From: Neodothiora populina
Taxonomy: Eukaryota
Direction: 5' to 3'
Length of the DNA stretch: 64,000 nt
Assembly: GCF_041146345.1 (NCBI RefSeq)
Contig: NW_027191410.1
Location: forward strand, 1,302,001 to 1,366,000
Below are positions 1-11,211 of the stretch, one piece after another. A program made the position numbers and the translations under genes. Under the pieces are notes generated by a model that saw only the letters and a list, made by a program, of their open reading frames with translations, did not search any database and was not told where the DNA came from. The stretch's first letter is position 1. Each line of letters begins with the position of its first letter.

Positions 1-1
1 G

Positions 2-64
2 CTCGAGGCCCACAGACGCGCCGTCGAGATCAGACTGGAGTACATGAACAAGAACAACTTGTAG
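2..64 (+). CDS. HIS4: 3' end of histidine biosynthesis trifunctional protein (histidinol dehydrogenase C-terminus), partial
   Basis: Frame from base 2 reads LEAHRRAVEIRLEYMNKNNL-TAG, matching the C-terminus I recall for fungal His4/his-3. Only 20 codons are visible. Confidence 0.65.
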   Translation, partial: LEAHRRAVEIRLEYMNKNNL

Positions 65-461
65 TCTCCTTATCTTCTTACTTGAGTCTACCTTGCAAAA
101 AAAGCCCGTGCATGGAGAAATAGGGAGAGGAAACAAAAAGTATTTGGAATTCCTTCTAGAGCTGGAAAGGGAGAAAAAGTGCCCTGATGAAAATAGATGT
201 GGAAATGATATATTTTGTGCTCCATCTTGTATCTTGACACTCCCTGTTCGATTATCTCACATGAACTAATTCTTTGTGTTATCACACAGTCGATTGGGCT
301 TGTGGATGGATGAAGAGATGAAGAGGTGTACGAGTTGATTGATCCCAACAAGATCACTGAGAGTGACGAGAGAGACACATAGAACAATTGGCAGGGAAAC
401 TGAAAAGGTCATGATACGCTTGCTATCCATCTTGTCTCATCTCATTCCATCTCATAGGAGC

Positions 462-2787
462 TCACTCCGTACCCCAACCCAGAGTCCCGTTCAGATCCCT
501 AAAGTCACCTCTCAGGCACCCGACCCCGTCCCTCTTGACCTCCTCCACGAGCTCCTTGACTTTAGGCGCGATGTTCTCTGCACTGAATCCGAAATAATCA
601 TACGCTTCCTTGCCAGGCAAACTCTTGCCAAACGAACTCATGCAAAAACCTGCGTCGGCATACCTTTCCCACCCGTTGACCGCATACGCTTCAATCACCA
701 CCCGCGGCGCATCCGTGTCCCAGCGCAGCACCGATTTCCTGTACTCCCACGACTGGGCGTCGAAGAGGCGCTGGCAGGGGAAACTGACGACGCGCGCCGA
801 GACGCCGTATTCGGTCTCGAGAAGCTCCTTTGTGGCGACTGCAAAGTTCAGCTCTGCGCCGATGCCGATGAGCGTCACGTCTGCTGGCTCGGTGGCTTCC
901 ATGAGCACGTAGCCGCCCTTTTGCACTTTGTCGCGGTCTGTGTGCTCGGGGTATTGAGGCAGCGCTTGACGGCTGAGCGAGATGATGGTCGGGGTCCGTG
1001 GCGCCGACATGGCTGCGATGAATGCGCCCGCTACTTCTTCGCTGTCGCAGGGGCGCATGTACAGCAGGTTTGGCATGCTGCGGTAGAGGTTCGCCAGAGC
1101 GATAGGTTGGTGTGTGGGACCATCCTCGCCTGTTCCGATCGAGTCGTGTGTTGCGATGTGGATCTGTTGGAGGCCTTGTAGAGCTCCCATGCGGATGCCG
1201 GGCGCGGCGTAGATGTAGAACATGAAGAAGGAAGATGTCACCGGAAGAATGGTGCCGCGGTTGTACGCCACCAGTCCGTTGGATATGGATGCCATGGCGT
1301 GTTCGCGGACGCCCCAGTGGATGTATCGACCAGTGTAGTCGCCGTTGATCCCGCACGCTGTCTGGAGCTCGGGATGCTGGAAATCTTTCTTGCCTTTCCA
1401 CGCCATGTGTACCGACGGCGTGAGGTCTGCTGTTCCAACCATCAGGCTGGGCAGATGTTCAGCCAAGGGGTTGCATACAAAACCCGCAGACTTTCGGGAT
1501 GGCGTTGGTGCTTTGGGGAAAGAACCTTTGGCCGGGATGAATCGAGTCCAGTCGTCCGCCATCTTGCCTGACACTCGGAGTTTGAACTCCTTCCCAAGCT
1601 CGGGATACTTGCGGCTGTAGGCATCGACCAGGTCGCTCCATTTCTTCTCGTAGTCTTGGCCGCGTGACCGCGCTTCGTGGAAGAAGTCGTAGACCGAGTC
1701 GGGAACGACAAAGTGTTTCTCCGGGTCCATGCCAAAGGCACGCTTGATGTATGCTACATCCTCTGCTCCAAACGCTGCACCGTGAGTCTTTGCGTCTCCT
1801 GCATTTGAGCTACCGACTCCGATGATGGTGCGGATGTTAATGAATGTGGGCTTGTCCGTGCTGGCTCGACCAGCAATGAGTGCCTGAACAATATCGGTGA
1901 TGTTGTTGACTCCGTCATGCACATCAATGACATTCCATCCGAATGCTCTCATCTTGCCGTTGACATCGTCGTTGCAAGTCATATCCACGGAACCGTCACA
2001 GGTGATTTGGTTGTTGTCGTAGATCACAGTCAGATTGTTCAGGCGCCAGTGACCCGCGAGCGAGACCGCTTCCATGCCTACACCTTCTTGCAAACATGCG
2101 TCTCCGATCATGCACCAAGTGTGGTTGTCCACCACTGGAAAATCAGGTTTATTATATGTTGCTGCTAGATGCTTGGTTGCCATGGCCAGACCCACAGCGT
2201 TGGCCACACCTTGACCCAAAGGTCCGGTTGTGACTTCAATGCCTTCGTGCTCGATCTCCGGATGCCCAGGACATATTGAGTCTGTCCTTTTGGAGTGGTA
2301 CGATTTGAGTTGATCGATGGTCATTTGCTCGTACCCGACAAGGTGCATGAATGTGTACTGGAATAGACAGGTATGGCCTTGTCTTGATTGTCAGTCATGA
2401 TCCTCGAGAACTAAAATAGGACCAACGCACCATTCGACAAGACGAATCTATCTCTGTTAAAGTATAGTGGGTTACTCGGTGAATACTTCATCGCATACTT
2501 CCACAAACTGACACCGATGGCGGCCATGCCCATGGCTCCTCTGTTGCTTGATCAATCTCCAGCATTCAAGCGTCTAGGAGTTCCTTTACATACCCGGGAT
2601 GTCCGCCTGCGAATTGCTCGCACAAGTCTGCAATCAGACATCTAAACACACGAAGGACATGATCGTGCTGATCGCTTCCCTCGAGCTCGAGGGAAGCTAC
2701 ATCATTGATATTTTCGATGTGGGAAGAGACGACCTTGACAGGCACATTCGACGTCACTCGCTGATATCTATCAATTGACGGAGACAT
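462..2787 (-). CDS. Transketolase family, dihydroxyacetone synthase-like; 3 exons
   Basis: Motifs GGHPG, NRDRFVLSNGH, GHPE, TTGPLGQG, GDACLQEG..N (ThDP binding), GVREHAM, THDSIGTGEDGPTHQP. GT-AG introns at about 2593-2541 and 2430-2378. Confidence 0.93.
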
Positions 2788-3796
2788 TACTTCTATTCAT
2801 ATAATGCAGTAGTGTATGCCAAATCGACAACCAATTTGACGAGCACGACGACGGGCGAAAGTACCCATCTATATAGGCTACCATATCAAACTGTTTCTTT
2901 GGCTTCATCTCAAGTCTACAAGATGTCCTATCAGGCAAAGATCGATGTGGACGTCGTCGTAGACTCAGCCATGCACAAGAACATCGTCCCATTTGGGAAA
3001 TATAGAGCGCCATCTGCGATGTTTGCGATGTTGGAGACCCCGCAGCTCTTTTACCGTACGCGCTTCGGATTGCCACTTCGGGATACCCCGACTGTGAAGC
3101 TCTGCCATCTCCTCTTCCTCAGACCAGTTATTCCCTAATCAGGTCTTCCATCTCATTCGCCTCTCCGACAGCTGTCAACCCTCTCCGATCTGGGTTGCTT
3201 GACTCATAGATTGGGCCACCAGGCCGATTCTACAAAAATCGCCCTACGTCAGCATCTTCCATGGAGGACATTGATCATCAGCATTATTCCCACACATATG
3301 TCAATCTCCTTCTACGGTCCATGGTCTCGCCCAAGATGTCCTTGCCCTACGCTGGACAAGTTGGCATACGCTCACAGAAGCCTGCTAAATGCCTTTTTCC
3401 ACAGACGTCAATTAGTCTGCGCAACAACACGGACCATTCATAGGGAGACTAGGTATCATGGAAGTCTGTCGCTACGGTAGGTTTATATGATGTAGAGGGC
3501 GAGACGAACAGTTGCTCGGCGTCGAATACCAGACTACTTGTAGGTCTCGCCACATGATCAAACGATAGACACTCTTTCGAACATCATGGTCCAGACATAC
3601 TACTGTAGAGTCAAGCTTGGCTGAAGGATCAAACCGGAGCAACACCGAAACTGTATAGAGTTGTGCTGAGTAGGTACAGTAAAATGCCCCCACAAGGTCC
3701 CCCACACTGGTTTCCCCGCTTCTCCAGATTGTCACTCCCTTACCTACTTGGAACTTCCGCTCGGTCGACTTATGAGATGATGTCTTGCCGCTCCCA

Positions 3797-6004
3797 ATGA
3801 TGACTGAGAACGTAGAGACTAGGAATAGATATGCCAGGCACACCGAATCCATGAAACGTGTCAAACGGCCCCGGGGCCGTTCGGGCTGCCTCAATTGTCG
3901 CCGCAGACGAAAGAAGTGTGACGAGAAGAAACCTGCATGTGCTAAATGTGAACATCTCGGCGACAAATGCGAATGGGATACAGGGACGGTGACGTTTCGC
4001 TTGAACGGCATAGATGCCACACATCCGTCAATGCAGATCCGACGGGAGAGCAATTCTCAGAACTTCCACATGGTTGATGTCACGTTCGATTCTTCCACTC
4101 ATAAGAGGATCGAATCACGAAAGCTGAATCCACTTGCGCGATTTAAAGATGGCAAACGAAGAGATGACGAATTCGCCCGGGATATGGACGTCTGTGATCC
4201 CTTGGACTCTCCTGTAGGACGCTTTTCGGAATCATCGAGTCCGGCTTTAGCCACTCACAAGTCCTCGATACCTAATGGTGGCGGCCAGATAGACAGTACG
4301 GGGAATGTTCAATCGTTGAGTCCAGAACTCCATAGATTGAATGCTGAGCCCAGGCAAGGTCAAGACATCTCACCACAAGCTTCAGTATCATCAATGAGTA
4401 TGCCAGTTAACCCTACGCTTATTGATGTTTATGAAGCCGTTCCGACGCAACTCGATTACCTCGACTATCTCACCGATACAGCGGGTGTTCACGTGGGCAA
4501 AGATCTAGATTGGTCTGTTTATGAGGACAACAACACCATGGCTTCGCCGTTCGGACCACTATTCGCTGGCTCCCCGGATGAGTTTTCATGGTACTATCCC
4601 ACTGCCGAATACAAGGAGCTCCATACGACGTTGTATAATCACATGGTGGAAACCGCGAGAGGAACGGGATCGACAAGACAGGGAAGTCCAAATATGGAAG
4701 AGACTGTCGATCTGGCACGCGAAACAAAACCCGCCGAGCGGGAGTCCTCGGGCTGGTCCAAACTATCCAAGGGAATAAGCCGCGAGAAGGAGGCTGTCTT
4801 GTGGAAAAGCTATCTGGACGAAATCGTCGTTTGGCTCGACATGTTCGATATAGATTGCCATTTTCGGAATACATTGCCTGTTCTTGCTCGCACGTCCGAG
4901 GCACTACGGCTTTCCATACTGGCCCTCGCTGCTCGCCAATTAGAGAGGAAAGACCCTGACAAGCCATACATCGAGAGCCTCGGGCTATATCAGGAAGCAA
5001 TACAACTGATCATGCAAGATCTGCAGACCATGGACACCGCAGTAATTGCATCATGTGTCTTACTCTGCGTCCTTGAGATGATGAGTTCCTCGCCACGAGA
5101 TTGGGCGCGGCACTTGGATGGTTGCGCCATGCTCATCAAAGCTGCCGGAATCAACGGTGTTTCCGGCGGAGTGAACCAGGCCATATTCTGGTGTTTTGCC
5201 AGAATGGATCTCTGGGGAGGTTTCCTGACTGACACGAATACAAAGATCCCAACTAGCCTCTGGTTCATGCCGAGTGGCCCAATGTCTGCCGCAGTCAGTC
5301 GCTTCAAGGCCGATTTCAAACACTTTGATCAATACGCCAATTACGCAGTGTTTCTCTGCGCCAGTGTTCTGAATGTGATCACCAACCAAGACGAGTCATC
5401 GTATGTTGCTAGATGGAAAGCGCTTTTCGATCTTTTGGAAGACTGGCGTGCCAACAGACCGGCTGAGATGAGGCCTATCGTGTCGGTATCCGTGGAAGAG
5501 ACGACACATACATTTCCAGTCCTAGTCTACTCGAATGCCCCGGCCATTAGTGGCAATCAGCTCTACCATTCCGCCGTGCTACTTATGCTACAGAACAAGC
5601 CAGATAGAATCAGAGTTCAAGGTTCGATGTCACTCCTCTCGCATGCTCGTCAGATATGTGGTATAACAGCATCAAACTCGAGCCAGTACGTCCCACTCTG
5701 TATCTATGTAATCTGGTCCCTGCTGACGCTATTCTCAAGTGGTGGATACACAAATGCGCCCCAGCCGCTTTGGATTGCCGGGCGTGTTCTGCAGCACCCT
5801 GTCGAACGCAGCTTTGTACTTGCGCTTCTGGCACATATCGAAATGAACACGGGTTTCGCTACTGCATGGCGGGCAGATGATCTACGCGCATATTGGGACA
5901 AGACACAGTCGGACATGAGGAAGAGCTTCTCGTGGCAGAATGTCATGCCCGAGATCAGCCATGACTTTGCTACCGCCTTTGGGAGCGGGTCTACGCCGAA
6001 TTGA
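3797..6004 (+). CDS. Zn(II)2Cys6 transcription factor with fungal-specific C-terminal domain
   Basis: CLNCRRRRKKCDEKKPACAKCEHLGDKC binuclear cluster; WLDMFD and FWCFARMD segments; probable in-frame 54-nt intron 5686-5739 (GTACGT..CTGAC..AAG). Start could also be 3851. Confidence 0.9.
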   Translation: MMTENVETRNRYARHTESMKRVKRPRGRSGCLNCRRRRKKCDEKKPACAKCEHLGDKCEWDTGTVTFRLNGIDATHPSMQIRRESNSQNFHMVDVTFDSSTHKRIESRKLNPLARFKDGKRRDDEFARDMDVCDPLDSPVGRFSESSSPALATHKSSIPNGGGQIDSTGNVQSLSPELHRLNAEPRQGQDISPQASVSSMSMPVNPTLIDVYEAVPTQLDYLDYLTDTAGVHVGKDLDWSVYEDNNTMASPFGPLFAGSPDEFSWYYPTAEYKELHTTLYNHMVETARGTGSTRQGSPNMEETVDLARETKPAERESSGWSKLSKGISREKEAVLWKSYLDEIVVWLDMFDIDCHFRNTLPVLARTSEALRLSILALAARQLERKDPDKPYIESLGLYQEAIQLIMQDLQTMDTAVIASCVLLCVLEMMSSSPRDWARHLDGCAMLIKAAGINGVSGGVNQAIFWCFARMDLWGGFLTDTNTKIPTSLWFMPSGPMSAAVSRFKADFKHFDQYANYAVFLCASVLNVITNQDESSYVARWKALFDLLEDWRANRPAEMRPIVSVSVEETTHTFPVLVYSNAPAISGNQLYHSAVLLMLQNKPDRIRVQGSMSLLSHARQICGITASNSSQYVPLCIYVIWSLLTLFSSGGYTNAPQPLWIAGRVLQHPVERSFVLALLAHIEMNTGFATAWRADDLRAYWDKTQSDMRKSFSWQNVMPEISHDFATAFGSGSTPN

Positions 6005-6401
6005 GCCAGTATTGTGAAGCATTGTACATCAAGTTGTAGCTTTCAGTGCACTATAAAGACTGTAGATAGATGTTCAGGGAAAAAACATTTCGAGTCGTGT
6101 ACCGGAACGTCCGTATCGTCTGGATTCACTCATACATCATTACGTATTTCTGAACAATCGGACCTATCGTAATTGTATAGCGACAATGAAGCAACGACGA
6201 AGTAGTGTATCATTAGAGACGGTGACCAGTAAGTCAGTAGATGTAAATAAGATGTTACAGAAGCTCAGCTATGTTGGCATGATGTTCCCAACAGCTGCAT
6301 CTTATGTTCGTGATGATGCCAAAAAAAGGCCAGGGTTGCCCTCGATTTGCTGTAGCACGCGAAGGATTATATATTGCAGATCTTGTAATGATGTCATTAA
6401 C

Positions 6402-6493
6402 AGTCGCATGGTGTAGTGGCTATCACGTTCGCTTCACACGGTCTTCAAACCTGGAAGCGCGAAAGGTCCTGGGTTCGATCCCCAGTGTGACTA
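6402..6493 (+). tRNA. tRNA-Val (anticodon CAC) with 19-nt intron 6439-6457
   Basis: Acceptor stem AGTCGCA/TGTGACT+A, A-box TGGTGTAGTGG, anticodon stem TTCGC/GCGAA with CAC at 6435-6437, intron after base 37, T-arm CTGGG-TTCGATC-CCCAG, T-run downstream. Spliced length 73 nt. Confidence 0.95.
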
Positions 6494-8024
6494 CGTTCTT
6501 TTGGTGTATACATATCTCGTAATGTCGATTTCTCTTCTTTTGCTTACATCTGGAGGAGCAATTCCCTCCATCCCGTGTCAGCATTCAACCAAATTACATC
6601 AACAGATCAGCAGTCTAATGGGGTAGCTCTTGTCTACACCTCCTTGCTCACAAGGCTATAGACAGTGAGACTAGACTTCCCGTTCCAGGCTACCTGACCT
6701 CTTTTCCGTCAAAGGGTACGCTAACTTGGGCGAATGGCGGGGTAGACTTAACAGAGGATGAATGGTAAAGTAGACTCGATATCAACACGGTTTGCAACTC
6801 ACGCGGAAGTTGGCGGTTGCTGCTGAGAACAGCTCAGCCCCACGCCTCATTGACTACTATGGTAAGGTAAGTTTCACACGCTTGGCTGACATGGCAACTA
6901 ATGACTGTGTAGAGTCAGAGATAGGAGCCGATGACCGTATCAGGTCGCAGGTCAATTCATAATCATCTGGGTTGGACGTTTCATCGTACTAATAATGTCG
7001 ACCAGGGAGTCAGCTTTACCTTTCCTAGATCTCACCAGGATCGGATTTAAACTGAAGATGAGGCTGAAAGCCGAAGGCGGCATTCTATTCCGCTCCATCT
7101 TTGAGATTTAGTCCGGAGAAATCCATCTCGTCTAACGAATCTACTCCATCGCGTGGAGTCGAGCGGATATGGTCATGATTCGATCCACAATCCTTCCTCC
7201 TTTTTTTTTCTTGCACCGCTCGATTGTTGAATGGAAAATGGCAGAGACTATCGAACTTTGCAAGAAGCATTGAGACACTTGCATCACCGGCTTTGCGTGA
7301 GAAAATTTTGCAAGCTGGTCAATTTCGTGTATACTTAACGTTAGGGGACGAGTTGACACATAAAGTAGGCACCACCTACCTATAGCGAACACAGCAGCGA
7401 GGAACTCCCTTTAGACGCCTAGCGCGCAAATATGAGGAGCGGAGCTCGGACCCTGCTCTCTTCGTGTCCAATTGTGATGTCGCGAAGAGCCGACGAAGGA
7501 GTCGAAGACCGTGAAATCAAAACAACGATGTTGGCAAAACAACACGGTATCTACCTGCGGTGATTCATTCAGAGCAAGCTAAGTCGAAGATCACCGCCTC
7601 GTGGCTTAACGATATCGCATCTGATTGACAAGCATGTCAAGAAGGGCGCGAGTGAATAGGGCGCAGGAAGCACGCTAAACCCTATACAGCTAGCAGAACC
7701 GCCTACCGGTGTTCTTCACCCATGTGTCTCTTTTAGAGTTGGTGACATGCAGGGCGTGAGATTCGCAAGCCATGTACAGATGACTCCAGACATGCCAATG
7801 CTTGTCCAGGCTCAGTATCAGAATGTAGGTCAGAAGAGAGTATATCAGGTGGTAGATTCCCCGCTCAATGGAGATCAGTCAGTCAACTGCTACTTCATAC
7901 CATCATCTCTCCACACTTCAGTGCAATCACATACCGACTCATTAGTGTCCTGGTGTTAGTATCAGACCTCTTGAAGCAGAACATAACATCCCCCATCAGC
8001 TCGCTCGAGCTTCCTACATCAAAG

Positions 8025-9599
8025 ATGCCTGCCTCCACGTACTCAGCATCGTTCGTAAACTCGCCGACCTTGAACAAGCCCAGCAAGCTGTTCGGTCTGG
8101 GGTCGCAGGCGAAGGCTCACATCACCATTGAGCTTTTTGGAAACAACATGACCTACTCAACCATGGACAGGATTCCCGGAAAAGTGACCATCTCGGTATC
8201 TCACAACACAAGATTCGAGAGCATCAGCATACAACTCCACGGAACGTCACAGACCTGGTTGGAGAAACTACAGACAACGCCAGGAATGACTGCCAGCCAG
8301 ACGGCGTTTCATAACTTCCTCAGACTCACACAGCCCATATCCGAATCCATGTATCCGCAACCGAGGATCCTGGAAGCTGGACGAACTTATACCTTTCCCT
8401 TTCTCTTCGTCGTTCCCCAGCACTTACTACCGCGCGTATGCCGCCATGCAGTACAGCATGAATCTGTACGAGAGCTGCATCTGCAACTACCCCCCAGCCT
8501 TGGGTCTCAAGGCGAGATTGATGGCTATGCAGCTGGTCTAGATGATTACGCCCCAATGATGGCCAACATCAGCTATAAAATAGTAGCGTGCATCGAAGGA
8601 GAGGACAAGGCCAAGCTGGCATCACAGTGCAGGCTCATCAAGATTCTGCCAAAGTCAGAGGAGCAACCGCCGGTCATCGTTGACGAAACCGATGGCGAAC
8701 ACCGCCTTCGCAGGGAAAAGAGCATTAAGAAAGGTCTTTTCAAGGGCCGTCTCGGAAGCTTAGTAGCCGAAGCCAATCAGCCACGATCACTACGCCTGCC
8801 TCACAACTATGCTCAGACACACGGCCCCGTCAGCACTGCAGCGACAATCAGGCTGCGTTTCGATCCGTCGGATGCCAACGTCTTGCCACCCAGACTCAGC
8901 AACCTCAACAGCAGACTCAAGATTAACACATGGTATGCCGATGCGGCAAGACCGGTGGTGCCAAACAAGAAATGCATCATGAACGACCTGCACCAAGGAC
9001 TCCACTCGGAAATGCTCAATCTTTCTACGAGGTCGATGGAGGGTGTGGAATGGAAATATCAGGCCGGGGACAATGCTCCGGCGCTCAGCCGACGAGACTC
9101 TGCTCTATCTGCTCTTTCCAAAAGCTCGAGCTCAGGCGGTGGCATTCCGGCGCCAAGCGAGAGATATCGTAGCGGTGGTTTCTACACAGCAGAGATACTC
9201 GTGCCTGTGACTCTTCCATCAGACAAACACCTCATCCCGACATTCCACTCTTGCCTTATCTCACGGACATACACGCTCTACCTGAACATCAGTGTCCAGG
9301 GTGGAACGATCACAGCACCCAGCGTGGACCTAAAGCTACCGATTCAGATCTTGTCAGAAGGCAGCGAGGCATCTCTGCGTCGGGAGTCGCAGATAAGTGC
9401 CGTCGAGGAAGAAGAGGAGATGCGAAGTGCAGACGAGTTCTTCATGCCCAGGACAATTTCGCCTATCGCCGATAGCCTGGCAGGGAACAGTGTCATACAG
9501 GGTGTTGCTCCGGTCACGACCCCTTCAGAGATACCCTCGGATCTGCCTCCACAGTATGAGTTCTTCGGAGAGGTCCGCAAATTGAAAATGATTGAGTGA
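8025..9599 (+). CDS. Alpha-arrestin / Bul1-like adaptor protein
   Basis: Single long ORF; YSTMDRIPGKVTI, HNFLRLTQP, YTFPFLFVVP, LPPSLG, PTFHSCLISRTYTL; C-terminal PY-like motif LPPQY. Confidence 0.82.
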   Translation: MPASTYSASFVNSPTLNKPSKLFGLGSQAKAHITIELFGNNMTYSTMDRIPGKVTISVSHNTRFESISIQLHGTSQTWLEKLQTTPGMTASQTAFHNFLRLTQPISESMYPQPRILEAGRTYTFPFLFVVPQHLLPRVCRHAVQHESVRELHLQLPPSLGSQGEIDGYAAGLDDYAPMMANISYKIVACIEGEDKAKLASQCRLIKILPKSEEQPPVIVDETDGEHRLRREKSIKKGLFKGRLGSLVAEANQPRSLRLPHNYAQTHGPVSTAATIRLRFDPSDANVLPPRLSNLNSRLKINTWYADAARPVVPNKKCIMNDLHQGLHSEMLNLSTRSMEGVEWKYQAGDNAPALSRRDSALSALSKSSSSGGGIPAPSERYRSGGFYTAEILVPVTLPSDKHLIPTFHSCLISRTYTLYLNISVQGGTITAPSVDLKLPIQILSEGSEASLRRESQISAVEEEEEMRSADEFFMPRTISPIADSLAGNSVIQGVAPVTTPSEIPSDLPPQYEFFGEVRKLKMIE

Positions 9600-10390
9600 A
9601 CGGGATATTTTGCTAGAGCTGCAGTTTACTGTCGGAGTTGTTTGTTTGTTTGTTCTGCCATTTTTCGCCGTTCTTCTTCATTCACGATCTTGTCCGCAGC
9701 AGACACGGACTTTGGCTCTTCCAGAATGTATATAATGAGAGATACCCCAGTATTAATAGAGACTCGACGCATTCGAGACTGAAGGTCTACCTACATACCT
9801 AGTCTATCGCTGTATCGGAAACGAAACCATGATTACAAGAACGAGCATTGACCGCAATCAAGCAGTCAAGACTTCCAAGCCTATAACCCAAGACTCTCAG
9901 GACTTGCGGTGGATGTTTGCACTAACCTCTGTCCGGATAGTGTTCCATAGCCATTCCAACCTCCCCCAGACTCCGAGCAGATGACATGTGAAAGGGAAGG
10001 AACGTCATAGCTGCCAAGACCTTCACATGCCTCGGCCAAGTCTCTTTCCCCGGGTCGTCTGCCCCACGCCATTCCACCCACAAGCTCCGAGCACATGAAG
10101 TAACACATGAAGGAACACATGACAGCAGAGCTGTAAAGGTAAGTGAGATATATCAGCGACTTTAGTAGGGAGGAGGACTAACGGTGTTCTTCTATCCTCC
10201 CGATCTCTCCCTTTTCTTTTCTCTCCCTCTCTCTTCTTGTCCATAAACACATACTGAGGACCATCTCTCTGCAAAGTACCTTAGTATCGTTGGAGCCATC
10301 GTCTTCCCAGTAAAGCATCATTACCATATACATACCAGACCAAAACGTCAAAACAACACAAATCCCACACGTAAAAGCGATCATCCCAAC

Positions 10391-10894
10391 ATGTCTCTCA
10401 AGGACGGTAAGTTCTCCAAAAAAAACACGAGAGAGACTCCATCGTCCTCGCGAGCTCCGACCCAAACTCCAGATTAGAAGACGTGCCCAATATACTGAGA
10501 CGGGCAATCCCAAAAAGAACAATTCCCAGCCTCAGCAGCCTTCGACTGGATCGCCTCGGCCCTATCCGGCTCCGACGCCGAGCGCAAAGACGCCATCAAA
10601 AAAGGCAACGCCATCTTCGCCTTCACGCTCAAGAACAGCTCGGGCGCGCAGGAGAGCTGGTACATCGACCTGAAGAAGACCGGCACAGTAGGCAGGGGCA
10701 CTGCACCGCCCGACGGAAGTAAGAGCGACGTGACGCTTGTGCTGGCGGAAAAGGACTTTGAGGGCTTGATAAACGGCAAGGCCAATGCGCAGAAGTTGTT
10801 CATGAGTGGGAAACTCAAGGTCAGAGGCGATGTCATGAAGGCTACCAAGGTCGAGCCTGTGTTGAAGAAGGTGCAGAGCAAGGCTAAGCTTTGA
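10391..10894 (+). CDS. SCP2 sterol carrier / oleate-induced peroxisomal lipid-transfer protein; 2 exons
   Basis: Not in the ORF track. ATG 10391, intron 10407-10517 (GTAAGT..AAG). Spliced product MSLKDEQFPASAAFDWI..ESWYIDLKKTG..KANAQKLFMSGKLKVRGDVMKATK..SKAKL, ending in PTS1 AKL. Confidence 0.92.
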
Positions 10895-11211
10895 GGAGGG
10901 GGATTTGGTTTTCGCTCCTTCTTGTTTCGTTTCTCCCGTCGGAGCTGGTGGTATGGATTTGGAACACGCTATAAATATAACATTCTGAAAGCCATGGGGC
11001 TGCATACACTCATGTGCAGCTATGTCTGGTGGTACTGCAACAGACGAAAATCATAGAAACATTTATGTCGTGGTCACAGAGGGTAGCCTACTGGTATATC
11101 CTTCAAGCCATACGACGTGTACAACAAGGACATGAGGCAGCTTTGACTGAATTGGAGTCTGTTATTAAGCTACATACACAAAGTCTCCACATCACACACG
11201 ACACTGCTTCA

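Noticed and set aside
339..1181. 280-aa plus-strand ORF and other long antisense ORFs over the transketolase, GH31, dehydrogenase and tannase genes
   Set aside because: They are shadows of codon bias on the opposite strand of well-supported genes and carry no motifs of their own.
6750..7450. Intron-like signals (GTAAGT, CTAAT..TAG) between the tRNA and the arrestin gene
   Set aside because: I could not assemble a coherent reading frame or recognise a protein.
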